64,000 bases of DNA from Candidatus Omnitrophota bacterium (GTDB taxonomy: Bacteria > Omnitrophota > Gorgyraeia > Gygaellales > Profunditerraquicolaceae). Position 1 is the stretch's first letter. Every line of letters starts with the position of its first letter. Positions 1-9,422 of this stretch are shown here, one piece after another. The notes beneath the pieces are model-generated. The model ran no database searches, was not told where the DNA came from, and saw nothing but the letters and a program-made list of their open reading frames with translations. The translations under genes and the position numbers were made by a program. Location: positions 5,165 through 69,164 of the forward strand of contig JBAZJY010000001.1 of the NCBI GenBank assembly GCA_041651115.1, given 5' to 3'.

Positions 1-73
1 CGGCGGAATAAACCCGCAATAGAAAGAAATACTCGCCAGCGGGAAAACGGCTGTACTCCGGCTCATCCGGCTG

Positions 74-586
74 GTGAAGAATTTATTGGACATTTCCAAG
101 ATTGAAGCGGGAAAGATTGAATTGGAGCGCAAGGAAATAGACATCGCTTCGCTGATAAAAGAGACAATAAAAGACTACAAGGGTGAATTTTCTAAAAAAC
201 GGTTGTTTCTTGAAACAAGCATTCCCGATGACATCGGCCTGCTTTGGGGCGATAGGGATAAGATAGAGCAAATTATGATTAATCTTCTAAGCAACGCGGC
301 AAAGTATACGCAGGCCGGCGGGCTTGTGCTTGTTAGGCTTAGCGGGTCAGATAACGAAGTACGCTTTGAAATATCCGATACGGGGCCGGGCATTGCGAAA
401 GAAGATATACCCAGAGTGTTTGATAAGTTCGAGCGCCTTGTGGCTGATAGGGAAGACGGCGCCGGTTTGGGGCTTTCCATCGTAAAGGACATTGTTGAGC
501 TTCACCGGGGCAAGATCTGGATTGAGAGCAAGGTAGGTAAAGGCACCACATTCATTTTTGTTCTTCCAAGGGATTTGAGAAAATGA
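74..586 (+). pseudogene. Histidine kinase C-terminal fragment. It covers the second HisKA helix and the HATPase_c domain but lacks the H-box and any sensor or transmembrane part.
   Basis: The translation aligns with the C-terminal 170 aa of the complete kinase at 15497-18769 (LLDISKIESGK..., N/G boxes, GxGLGL, TxFxFxLP). An in-frame TAG lies at 20-22 and no SHELRTPL H-box is encoded upstream in any frame of the 73 nt available. The first start is a GTG at 74. Confidence 0.5.
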
Positions 587-697
587 CGGGATGCCGGCAG
601 AAAGAAAGTTTACATGTTTAAATTAAGCCGTTTTTTAACTTGAAAAGTGCCGGGAATATGTTATATTTTACCTAAATATAAGGCCGCATTATAGTTT

Positions 698-730
698 CGT
701 CCTGTCTTGGATGAGGCAGGTATTTTTTTG
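698..730 (+). terminator. Candidate rho-independent terminator: hairpin cctgtc/ggcagg followed by a T7 run.
   Basis: Imperfect 6-bp stem with an 8-nt loop, then tatttttttg. A TTGAAA-16-TATATT promoter-like pair lies at 640-667. Confidence 0.3.
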
Positions 731-795
731 TTGATTTAATAATAAGTTTTTCAAAGTCCTAATCAAAATCCCAAAAATTGAACAGGAGCAATGTG

Positions 796-3700
796 ATGCA
801 CGCTAAGACAACCAATAAAATCGTATCGTTATTTTTATCTCTTATTTTTTTATTTTCCCAGACCGGCATAGCACAGGCAGCAGCAGAGTTAAATTTAGCT
901 GCTTACCTGAGCCCGCCAAGTTATTCCTCCGCCGATAAATTGCGGCTGCCCAGCCTGCGTTATTTTTCCTACGATAACCTCACAAATAATCTCAAGATCG
1001 TTTTGGACAAGGGCGATTTAACGCAAATGAGCCAGGCTGAAGTGCAGGATTCCGCGCAGCAGGCCATGGCCTATTTCCTGATCGGCGTCACGCTTCCCGA
1101 TGAATGCTTTTGGGTGAACTTGCGGCCGGATTCCCCCGAGAATATGATTGATGATTATCTTGTCCAGACAGACGTAGGTAAGATCATGCTTGAGGCTGAC
1201 GTAGAGCTCAAAAAAGACACTGCCCGCTTTACCTCTCCGCAGACACCCGAAGGAAAACTTTATTGGGATAAGTTATATCAGAAAGCCGGAGAGATATTCG
1301 GCAGCGAGAATATCACTATTCCTACGCTTACCCGTCCCTGGATCGTGCCGGGCGAAGTAATTGTCCGCGAAAGCGCTGACAGTGCCTATATTTATAAGGC
1401 CGGCTTAAAGGTAATGCTTGAACAGGACCGCTTAAAAAATTCAAGCGTATATAATTTTTCTGATCCCCGGATGAAAACCCTCAATGAATATTCATCCCAG
1501 CTTATCCGCGAGTTGATTATTCCTAAGCTTACCAAAGAAGTAAATACCGGCCGCAAATACGCTTCATTAAGGCAGGCTTATTATTCTCTGATCCTGGCGC
1601 GCTGGTTCAAGACAAGGTTTTACGGCAAGGGCGGCACTTATGCTTCAGCGATCAATAAAAAGAACCTTAATGGCCTGACTTCTAAAGACGCCTGGTCAAA
1701 GCTGGCCTATTTTAATGCCTATCAGAAATCTTTTAAGCAGGGTGAATACAACCTGCAGGTGCCGGTAGCCACTTTGGCCGGCCAGAGTATTAGAAGCTAT
1801 TTCAGCGGCGGCGTTAGTTTAGTAAATGCGGATTTAAGCTTTCCGCAAGGCACAATGACCGTAAATTCAAGTCCGATCATCGGGCTTTCCAGCCCGAATG
1901 ATTTTTTTGGGAAATTCAGCGATGATCCGTCATTTGTTTCTTTTAGGGGGAGCAATGCCGATCCTGCCATGCTGATCCCTGAATTGCAAAACTCCTCTCC
2001 CATACGCCTTGAGAAAGTAGATCCCGAAGAAGCAAAATCGTTTGGGAAAGAGATGAATGAAATTTTTGAAATTGATCAATCTATTGCCGGGGTCGCAAAG
2101 AACCTAAAAGCAACGCGCGAATATGAAAATGCAGCCGAATACATACAGCAGGAAGCGGCGATTAAGAAATTGCTTGAAACCGAGCGGTATAAGATCCGGG
2201 TTGTGCTTAGCTCTGATTACGGCTCTCCGGTGTCGGTTATGATCCCCGACGATCTCACCGTGAAGAAGGAAATCTATGAAAAATATATCGCCAAAATTTA
2301 TGCCGAAGGCCAGGCTTTGCGGAACGGGCGTTCGCAGCATCTGTATGTAGAAGCATACAATGCCTCCGGCAGGCGCTTGCCGAAAGAAGAAAAGGCAATA
2401 TCCGAGGCAATAGATGCCTATTTTAAGACGCTCGGTTTCCGGTTATATGGCAAGGCCAATGCAGGCAACCCCGTGATAGTTGAAAGAAAACCGGATAAAT
2501 TTACCCCTGAAGCTACTGTTGGCCTGGATAACTGGCTTGAAAGCGCTTATCACGATAAATTGGTAACAAAAAGGGAAGGCGCGGTAACGCTTGGCATAGA
2601 TATCGGCGGCCAGGGGATGAAGGCAAGGATACGCAGGAATGGAAAAGATGTAACTGAGGAAGTGCTCGCGGGAATGCCGGACACAGAAGAAGCGCGCTCA
2701 TCCGACAAGTCGCTCCTCTACCGTTATTCTTACCTTGGCCGGAGCGACAGCGGCTTATTGTTTAAAGAAAGATTGGTGGAATATGCCGGAGAATTAAAAG
2801 ATGCCGTGGAGAACAAATACGGTAAGGGAATTATCGGAGGCGTATTCATCAATATGCCCGGCGCTCCTGATTACAAAGAAGGCAGGATGGGCAGCATAGG
2901 TGGGCTTTCTGCTAATTTCAATGAGGATTATATGGCGCAGGGCATCAGCGAAGTTAACCGCTTTATTCCTGAATTGATCGGTTTATTTGATAACGCCGTT
3001 GTCGGTTTTGGCAATGATATGACCGGTTGGGCTTATTCGCTGCTTGCCGCAGCGAAGTCCGCGCTTACTAAAGAGGATGCGGAAAGATTAAAAAATACCT
3101 TAATCGTATTTGACGGCACAGGCATTGGCACGCTGTTGATCAAAAACGGGAGCGAAGTGACCGGCGCAAATGAATGCGGGCACCTTATAGCAAACGTCAA
3201 TGCGCAAGAGAAAGACTCGCGGGCCCCTGATTCGCCTTTTGGTTCTTTTGAGGATATGGGCGGAAGCGTGAGAGGGATATTGGCTATGGCTAGGGAGCTG
3301 GGCTTAACTGAAAAGCTTGTTGCCCTGGGGTTGGAAGAAAAGAATATCACCCCTAAACATATAGGGTTGGCTGCCACAGGCATAAACCCCGTAACTAATG
3401 AGCCCTGGTCGCTGATGTCTAACGGAGGCATAGAGATCCAGGGTATTGCGCAGCAGGTTTGGGATCGTATTGAGCAGGTTGAGGCAGCGCAGATAATTTT
3501 GTTATATAGGTTGACCGGGGAAACCAATGTTGTTTTTGGCGGCGGCACGGCAGCCGGAAAAACAGGCGAGCTGAGAGTGGCGCATCTGCGCAGATATATT
3601 GAGCAATATAGCCGGATGCTGGGGATTACGGATAAAATTGAAGTCATCCTGGCTGACGGAGAAATAAATGCTGCGGATGGCGCGGCATTAAAAGCAGAAC

Positions 3701-4437
3701 AGTTGTATAATCGATATGCCCAGGCTTCGTCGACTTCCAGTCCGCTGAGCGTTGAAGAGCTGGATAGGATAATGAAGCAGGAGCTCACCCTGCGCGGGTA
3801 TGATTTGAAGAATAACAATGGGCAGATACTGATAAGCCGGCAATATTTAGAGAGGGCTCCGGAGGCAAGCCTCCATCCCGTGGGACAAGATACGAGCGCG
3901 TTTGATGTCCTTCGCCGCGGCGATGGGGAGAAAATTACGTTTTTTATAGATTATAAGCCGGAAGCCATTACGGTCCGTGCCTGGGATGAAGAATTAAGGA
4001 AGCCGCTCGATTTGTTTGATATAAACATTAAAGCCGGAACAGTAGTTAGCGTGTTTTCTTCAAAGCCAACCAGTTCGCCGATGAAAGCTGAAGATGCGAC
4101 AAAAGGGGGCATTGACTTCCGTAGTATCCCGCTGACCATCCAGCCGATCGGCAATTTCGGCAGCATTGTCCTTCAGGCGCCGCAGGCCGCAGTGCTGGAG
4201 AATATTAATCCCGACGCGGAGATGAAACAGCTCGCCCGGATGGTACAAAGCGGCATGCTGCCGTCCGGCCAAAGAGTAAAAGAGCTGATCTATGCCTGCT
4301 ATTATAAAAATGAATTGTCCCAGATGCAGGGTGGCCTGGTCAGCTGTCTTACGGATATCTGCCGACTGCAGGAAGAACAGGGAGTCTTTGCCGAACCGGA
4401 ATTAAAAGAAAGTCTGGTATTATTAGAATTTATATAG
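796..4437 (+). CDS. Large secreted protein of unknown function (about 1213 aa from this start; the ORF opens at 778).
   Basis: Long uninterrupted ORF. An AGGAG lies 9 nt before the ATG at 796. N-terminal signal peptide KIVSLFLSLIFLFSQTGIAQA. I recognise no catalytic motif; there is a Gly-rich stretch VVFGGGTAAGKTGE. Confidence 0.8.
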   Translation: MHAKTTNKIVSLFLSLIFLFSQTGIAQAAAELNLAAYLSPPSYSSADKLRLPSLRYFSYDNLTNNLKIVLDKGDLTQMSQAEVQDSAQQAMAYFLIGVTLPDECFWVNLRPDSPENMIDDYLVQTDVGKIMLEADVELKKDTARFTSPQTPEGKLYWDKLYQKAGEIFGSENITIPTLTRPWIVPGEVIVRESADSAYIYKAGLKVMLEQDRLKNSSVYNFSDPRMKTLNEYSSQLIRELIIPKLTKEVNTGRKYASLRQAYYSLILARWFKTRFYGKGGTYASAINKKNLNGLTSKDAWSKLAYFNAYQKSFKQGEYNLQVPVATLAGQSIRSYFSGGVSLVNADLSFPQGTMTVNSSPIIGLSSPNDFFGKFSDDPSFVSFRGSNADPAMLIPELQNSSPIRLEKVDPEEAKSFGKEMNEIFEIDQSIAGVAKNLKATREYENAAEYIQQEAAIKKLLETERYKIRVVLSSDYGSPVSVMIPDDLTVKKEIYEKYIAKIYAEGQALRNGRSQHLYVEAYNASGRRLPKEEKAISEAIDAYFKTLGFRLYGKANAGNPVIVERKPDKFTPEATVGLDNWLESAYHDKLVTKREGAVTLGIDIGGQGMKARIRRNGKDVTEEVLAGMPDTEEARSSDKSLLYRYSYLGRSDSGLLFKERLVEYAGELKDAVENKYGKGIIGGVFINMPGAPDYKEGRMGSIGGLSANFNEDYMAQGISEVNRFIPELIGLFDNAVVGFGNDMTGWAYSLLAAAKSALTKEDAERLKNTLIVFDGTGIGTLLIKNGSEVTGANECGHLIANVNAQEKDSRAPDSPFGSFEDMGGSVRGILAMARELGLTEKLVALGLEEKNITPKHIGLAATGINPVTNEPWSLMSNGGIEIQGIAQQVWDRIEQVEAAQIILLYRLTGETNVVFGGGTAAGKTGELRVAHLRRYIEQYSRMLGITDKIEVILADGEINAADGAALKAEQLYNRYAQASSTSSPLSVEELDRIMKQELTLRGYDLKNNNGQILISRQYLERAPEASLHPVGQDTSAFDVLRRGDGEKITFFIDYKPEAITVRAWDEELRKPLDLFDINIKAGTVVSVFSSKPTSSPMKAEDATKGGIDFRSIPLTIQPIGNFGSIVLQAPQAAVLENINPDAEMKQLARMVQSGMLPSGQRVKELIYACYYKNELSQMQGGLVSCLTDICRLQEEQGVFAEPELKESLVLLEFI

Positions 4438-4524
4438 TATAATAAAAATACATCCCACCTTAGTTTATCCAAATCAGACGCTTGGTTTTTCTCCAGTGTT
4501 ATTTTGAAAGAATAAGGAGAAAAA

Positions 4525-6795
4525 ATGACCGATCAAATCAGGTCAAGCAATGGTCTTTTGCGCCTCGCGTCATTTCCCGAATTAAACCCGAATCCCGTAG
4601 TTGAAATAGGCCTGGACGGTACGCTCTGCTATTCCAATCCTGCCGCACAAAAGAGGTTCCCTGATCTATGCGATTTAAAATTCAAGCATGCGTTCCTTTC
4701 CGGCATTAAACAGGAATTGCAGGCCGGCGTAAAAGACGGAAGGTTTTCTTTCAATCGCCAGGTCAATATCGGAGGCATCTGGTATGCCCAGAATATATTT
4801 TTCGTTGAGGAAACTAAAAACATCCGTATTTATGCTTATGATATAACGGTAAACAAGCAGGCGGAAGAGCGCTTAAAGGAATCTGAAGAAAAATACCGTA
4901 CCTTAATGGATGATGCCGGAGACGCAATATTGTTGGCAAATATTGAGGGGTACCTGGTAGAAGCCAATAAGAAAGCAGAGAAGCTTTTGGGTTATAAAAA
5001 AAGCGATTTATTGGGTATGCACTTTACCATGCTGCATCCCCAAGAGGAGATCAGGCGGGCTGTTCCCGCTTTTCAGAAAATCTACCGTAACGGTTCGGGA
5101 AACCTGCTTAACAGCCTGTTCAAACAAAAAGACGGAAAATTGGTCCCGGCAGATATAACCGGCAGCGTGATAAGCTACAGAGGCAAAAAAATAATGCAGG
5201 TGGTTATCCGCGATATCTCCGACCGCAAACGCGCGGAAGAGGCCAGGGAAAAGGCGCGTGAGGATTTGGAGATCCGCGTGCAAAAGCGCACTTCGGAACT
5301 GGCAAACGCGAACGTGATGCTGCAGGAGGAGGTTACCCAGCGTAAAAAAGCGGAAGAGATGCTGCGGCAGAGCGAAGAGCGCTACCACAGGATCATTTCT
5401 ACGATTACCGACTATATCTATACGGTGCGCATGGAAAAGGACGGCAGCGTAGCCACTATTCATAGTCCGTCGTGCGTGGCAGTGACCGGCTATACGGTAG
5501 AAGAATTTCAGTACGATCCGTTCTTATGGCTTAACATGGTGCATAAGGACGATAAAGAGCTGGTTTTTCAATGGTCAAAGCATATCCTTGATGGCCATGG
5601 GGTTGATCCTTTGGAACACCGCATAAAACGAAAAGACGGCCAGATCCGTTGGATCAGGAATACGGCTGTTTTTCATTTTGACGATAACGGCAAACTTGCT
5701 TCTTATGATGGGGTAGTACAGGATATTACTGACGCAAAGATCGCCGAAGATGAAAGGGCGCACGCCAATGCCTTGAAAACGATCATTGAAAATAGCCCGG
5801 ATGTGTTGCTGGTTACCGATATTTACGGCAGGATCATCCAATTCAACAAAGTACTGGTGGAAAACCTTGGATTTAATGAAGAGATCATTGGCCAGCCGCT
5901 GGCCGATCTTATTGCGGAGCCTGACCGCAAGAAGATTGCTCAAGGCATAAAAAAATGCTTAAACGAGGGCAGGGTGGGCGGCATAGAAGTAAAATGCTTG
6001 ACCGGGAATAGGGGGGAATTTTTTGCTTTAGTCAATATTTCCCTGCTTCAAGACGCGGGAGGTTTTCCCGCCGGCCTGATTGCCGTTATCACGGACATCA
6101 CCGAGCGGAAAAAAATGGAAGAAGCTAAAGACGAAAGCATTAATATAATTTCCCATGAATTGCGCAGCCCACTTGCCGCCGTAAAAGAAGGGGTTTTGAT
6201 CATCCTTGACGGTTTGGTCGGGGATGTCGGCGCCTTGCAGCAGGATGTCCTGGTTACCGTAAAAAACAATGTTGACCGGCTGGTATATTTTGTTAACAGC
6301 ATCCTTGACTATCAAAGGTTGAATTATCCGAAGATCGCGCTCGACATAACGGAAGCGGATATCAATAACGCGGCAATTGAGGCAAAAAACGGGATGAGTA
6401 TTCTGGCAAGAAGCAAAAATATTGAGTTTTTAATGGAGCTGGATAAAGGATTGCCTCCGGTAAAATTTGATTACAGCATGATCATACAGGTGCTCACAAA
6501 CCTGCTTAATAACGCGGTTAAATTTACCGATAAGGGTTGCATAAAGATCAAAACCGGCAGGCGCGGCGATACGATCGGCGTATGCGTGGAAGATACGGGC
6601 ATCGGGATCAAGCAAGAAGAGATCTCCGGCTTATTTAATATTTTCTGCCAGGCTTCTAACGGCAAAAAGGCGCGCAGCGGCAGCGGGCTGGGCCTGGCAA
6701 TATGCAAAAAAATCATTGAGCACCACGGCGGAGAGATCTGGGTGGAATCCGAATACGGTAAAGGCAGTAAATTCTATTTTACCCTGCCGGCATGA
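4525..6795 (+). CDS. Multi-PAS sensor histidine kinase (HisKA + HATPase_c), cytoplasmic.
   Basis: AAGGAG RBS. Several PAS-like blocks and coiled-coil linkers, H-box ISHELRSPLAAV, N/G boxes, and the C-terminal GSGLGLAICKKIIEHHGGEIWVESEYGKGSKFYFTLP. Confidence 0.9.
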   Translation: MTDQIRSSNGLLRLASFPELNPNPVVEIGLDGTLCYSNPAAQKRFPDLCDLKFKHAFLSGIKQELQAGVKDGRFSFNRQVNIGGIWYAQNIFFVEETKNIRIYAYDITVNKQAEERLKESEEKYRTLMDDAGDAILLANIEGYLVEANKKAEKLLGYKKSDLLGMHFTMLHPQEEIRRAVPAFQKIYRNGSGNLLNSLFKQKDGKLVPADITGSVISYRGKKIMQVVIRDISDRKRAEEAREKAREDLEIRVQKRTSELANANVMLQEEVTQRKKAEEMLRQSEERYHRIISTITDYIYTVRMEKDGSVATIHSPSCVAVTGYTVEEFQYDPFLWLNMVHKDDKELVFQWSKHILDGHGVDPLEHRIKRKDGQIRWIRNTAVFHFDDNGKLASYDGVVQDITDAKIAEDERAHANALKTIIENSPDVLLVTDIYGRIIQFNKVLVENLGFNEEIIGQPLADLIAEPDRKKIAQGIKKCLNEGRVGGIEVKCLTGNRGEFFALVNISLLQDAGGFPAGLIAVITDITERKKMEEAKDESINIISHELRSPLAAVKEGVLIILDGLVGDVGALQQDVLVTVKNNVDRLVYFVNSILDYQRLNYPKIALDITEADINNAAIEAKNGMSILARSKNIEFLMELDKGLPPVKFDYSMIIQVLTNLLNNAVKFTDKGCIKIKTGRRGDTIGVCVEDTGIGIKQEEISGLFNIFCQASNGKKARSGSGLGLAICKKIIEHHGGEIWVESEYGKGSKFYFTLPA

Positions 6796-6844
6796 TAAAT
6801 TTCTAATATAATTATTTATTTTACTGCATATTCTGGTATAATCC

Positions 6845-8095
6845 TTGCTGATGAAAAAGAGAAGGGTTGTGATAACCGCAGTAGGCGTTGTATCTTCCAT
6901 CGGCATCGGCAAGGATGATTTCTGGAAAGCCAACCTTGCAGGCAAGTCCGGCGTAAGCGCAATCACCCATTTTGATCCTTCCCTACTTGGCTCAAAAGTC
7001 TCCGGCCAAATAAGAAATTTTAATCCTGAAGATTATATGGATCGCGACACGGCAAAAAAGGCCGATAGGTTTGTGCACTTAGGCCTTGCCGCGTCAAAGC
7101 TGGCCTTTGATGACTGGAAGGGAGATCTTGACAAAGAGGATCGCGTGAGGATCGGCGTGATCTACGGGTCAGGGCTAGGCGGCGTTTTATTCCATGAAGA
7201 GCAGATGATCAGGGCTTATGATAAAGGCAGCCATAGGCTGCATCCTTTATGCGTGCCGCGGGTCAGCCCCAATGCCGTGGCTTCGCAGATCGCGATCTAT
7301 TTTAAATTATTAGGGCCGAATATGGTAATTTCCAATGCCTGCGCCTCCGGAACAAATGGCATTGGCGAAGCATACAGAAAAATTCAGAGCGGAGACGCGG
7401 ATATGGTGGTTACCGGAGGGGCAGAGGCGCCGCTTACGGAGTTTACTTTCGGGGCGTATGACGCGATGCGCGCGCTTTCAAAGCACAACGCAGAGCCGGA
7501 AAAAGCCAGCCGGCCGTTTGATGCCCAACGCGACGGTTTTGTCCTGGGAGAAGGCGCGGCAACTCTGGTCCTGGAAGACTTGGAGCATGCGCAAAAAAGA
7601 GGCAGCCATATTTACGCCGAGATCACGGGTTATTTTTCAAATTCCGGGGCTTATCATATGGCAATCCCCGAGCCGACGGCAAGCGATATCAGCCGGGCCA
7701 TGGCCGGGGCAATAAAAGACGCGGGCCTGACAATAAAGGACATTGACTACATCAATGCCCACGGCACATCCACAACGTTAAACGATAAAGTCGAGACAAA
7801 GGGGATAAAGGATGTTTTCGGCGAAACAGCCCGGAAGATCCCGATTTCTTCCACCAAATCCATGGTCGGCCATTCCATCGGCGCTGCCGGAGCGATTGAA
7901 GCAGTAGCCTGTTGCCTGGCAATAGAGGACCAGATCGCTCCCCCGACGATCAACTATGAGAATCCCGATCCCGAATGTGATTTGGATTATGTCCCTTGCC
8001 AGCCCCGGCAGGTAAAGATCAAAAATATCCTTTCTAATTCTTTTGGCTTTGGCTCAAACAACGCCTGTTTAATATTCAGTAAGTTTAAAGATTAA
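6845..8095 (+). CDS. fabF: 3-oxoacyl-ACP synthase II (KAS II).
   Basis: Collinear with E. coli FabF. Active-site motifs NACASG (Cys), NAHGTST (His) and GHSIGAAG are present. Confidence 0.93.
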   Translation: MLMKKRRVVITAVGVVSSIGIGKDDFWKANLAGKSGVSAITHFDPSLLGSKVSGQIRNFNPEDYMDRDTAKKADRFVHLGLAASKLAFDDWKGDLDKEDRVRIGVIYGSGLGGVLFHEEQMIRAYDKGSHRLHPLCVPRVSPNAVASQIAIYFKLLGPNMVISNACASGTNGIGEAYRKIQSGDADMVVTGGAEAPLTEFTFGAYDAMRALSKHNAEPEKASRPFDAQRDGFVLGEGAATLVLEDLEHAQKRGSHIYAEITGYFSNSGAYHMAIPEPTASDISRAMAGAIKDAGLTIKDIDYINAHGTSTTLNDKVETKGIKDVFGETARKIPISSTKSMVGHSIGAAGAIEAVACCLAIEDQIAPPTINYENPDPECDLDYVPCQPRQVKIKNILSNSFGFGSNNACLIFSKFKD

Positions 8096-8138
8096 AAAAA
8101 AGTTGACAAACAGGGCGTTTATATTACAATACCTTTTA

Positions 8139-8741
8139 ATGAATAAATTTACGAAAAAAAGTTTGTTCATTGCAATGTCATTGGCAATGCTCGTTCCTGC
8201 CGCAGTTTGCCGGGCAGAGGAACCGGAGCAGAAGAAATGCTTTACTGCCGTTGAATTTTTTACCGGTTTCGGGAAGTCAAAATTACACGCGCAAGGGAAT
8301 TATTTCCTTGCGCCTTTTATTTGCGCGCTGGACTTTGACATTAAGCCGAAAATAGAAAAGCTGGGTGCGAAATTCTTCCCCGGCCTGGTCCAGTTTCAGC
8401 TTGAGCCGTTCATTTCTGCCGCTTACAGCCCGCGCGCGAATATAGAAGTCGGCAATACCTTTATGTTTAAACTGGGAATTTTGCCGGAGACGGCAAAGTT
8501 TCAGCCATATATTAAAGCGGGCATCGGGTTCCTCTATATGAGCCAGCATACCCGCGAGCAGTCCACGCAGTTCAATTTTGAAGAGCAGGGGGGGATTGGC
8601 GCGCATTATTTTATCAAGAAGAACTTCGCGATCAACGCAGATTGCCGCATCCGCCATGTTTCCAACTCCGGGATTGACCAGCCCAACCACGGCATAAATA
8701 GCATGTTCTACCTCGTAGGCGTTACCTACCGGTTCGACTAA
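8139..8741 (+). CDS. Outer-membrane beta-barrel protein, PagL-like lipid A 3-O-deacylase family.
   Basis: Signal peptide MNKFTKKSLFIAMSLAMLVPAAVCRA. C-terminal HVSNSG (a His-x-Ser-N-x-Gly motif resembling the PagL catalytic motif) and a terminal ...TYRFD beta-barrel signature. A TTGACA-16-TACAAT promoter sits at 8103-8130, which is why I prefer this start over the track's 8103. Confidence 0.55.
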   Translation: MNKFTKKSLFIAMSLAMLVPAAVCRAEEPEQKKCFTAVEFFTGFGKSKLHAQGNYFLAPFICALDFDIKPKIEKLGAKFFPGLVQFQLEPFISAAYSPRANIEVGNTFMFKLGILPETAKFQPYIKAGIGFLYMSQHTREQSTQFNFEEQGGIGAHYFIKKNFAINADCRIRHVSNSGIDQPNHGINSMFYLVGVTYRFD

Positions 8742-8750
8742 TCATCCTGC

Positions 8751-9422
8751 ATGCATAACATACGTCTTTCCAGCTTATCGCAATGCCTTGTATTTTTTGA
8801 TTTTGACAATACAATCACGCATTTTGACGTGCTGGACGATATTATCAAGCGTTTTTCCGTGAATAAAGATTGGATGGAGATCGAAAAGGCGTGGTTAAAC
8901 GGAAAGATCGGCTCGCGTGCCTGCCTTGAAGGCCAACTGTCAGGGGTAAGGATAAATAAGCAAGAACTGCAGCGTTATCTTTCGGCCGTAAAGATAGACC
9001 CGCATTTCCATAAGATCTACGCTATACTTAAGCGCGAAGGAATAAGGCCGGTGATCTTAAGCGACAATTTCAGCCCGGTAATAAAATTCATCCTTAAGGC
9101 TAATGGCGTGGGCCAGATGAGGGTATTTGCCAATAGCCTGCGTATACGCGGGAAGCGGCTACTGCCGTCGTTTCCGCATACAAACAGCCGCTGCAGCAAA
9201 TGCGGCCACTGCAAAAAGAAAAACTTGCTAAAAAGAGGGGTTAAGGATAAAATAATCATGTATATCGGAGACGGGCTTTCGGATATCTGCCCGGCGGAAA
9301 ATTCCGATATCGTATTTGCCAAAGGCAGGCTCCTTAAGCACTTTAGAAAGAAAAAGAAGCTGTGCGTTGCGTTCAATAGCCTAAACGACATTTATAATTA
9401 TTTCAGGGGGTTGGAGAAATGA
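8751..9422 (+). CDS. HAD-superfamily phosphatase, MtnX-like (2-hydroxy-3-keto-5-methylthiopentenyl-1-phosphate phosphatase family).
   Basis: N-terminal FDFDNTIT HAD motif I. Cys cluster CSKCGHCKKK and IGDGLSDICPAENSDIVFAKGRLL align with B. subtilis MtnX (CSNQCGCCK...[24 protein letters not shown]). Confidence 0.6.
   Translation: MHNIRLSSLSQCLVFFDFDNTITHFDVLDDIIKRFSVNKDWMEIEKAWLNGKIGSRACLEGQLSGVRINKQELQRYLSAVKIDPHFHKIYAILKREGIRPVILSDNFSPVIKFILKANGVGQMRVFANSLRIRGKRLLPSFPHTNSRCSKCGHCKKKNLLKRGVKDKIIMYIGDGLSDICPAENSDIVFAKGRLLKHFRKKKKLCVAFNSLNDIYNYFRGLEK

Noticed and set aside
3033-3818. 261-aa minus-strand ORF.
   Set aside because: It is fully embedded antisense to the 1219-aa secreted-protein gene, with a low-complexity Ser/Ala/Pro-rich translation typical of an antisense frame.
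8103-8138. Upstream start of the PagL-like ORF (MTNRAFILQYLLMNKF...).
   Set aside because: That region contains the TTGACA/TACAAT promoter. The signal peptide begins at the internal ATG at 8139.
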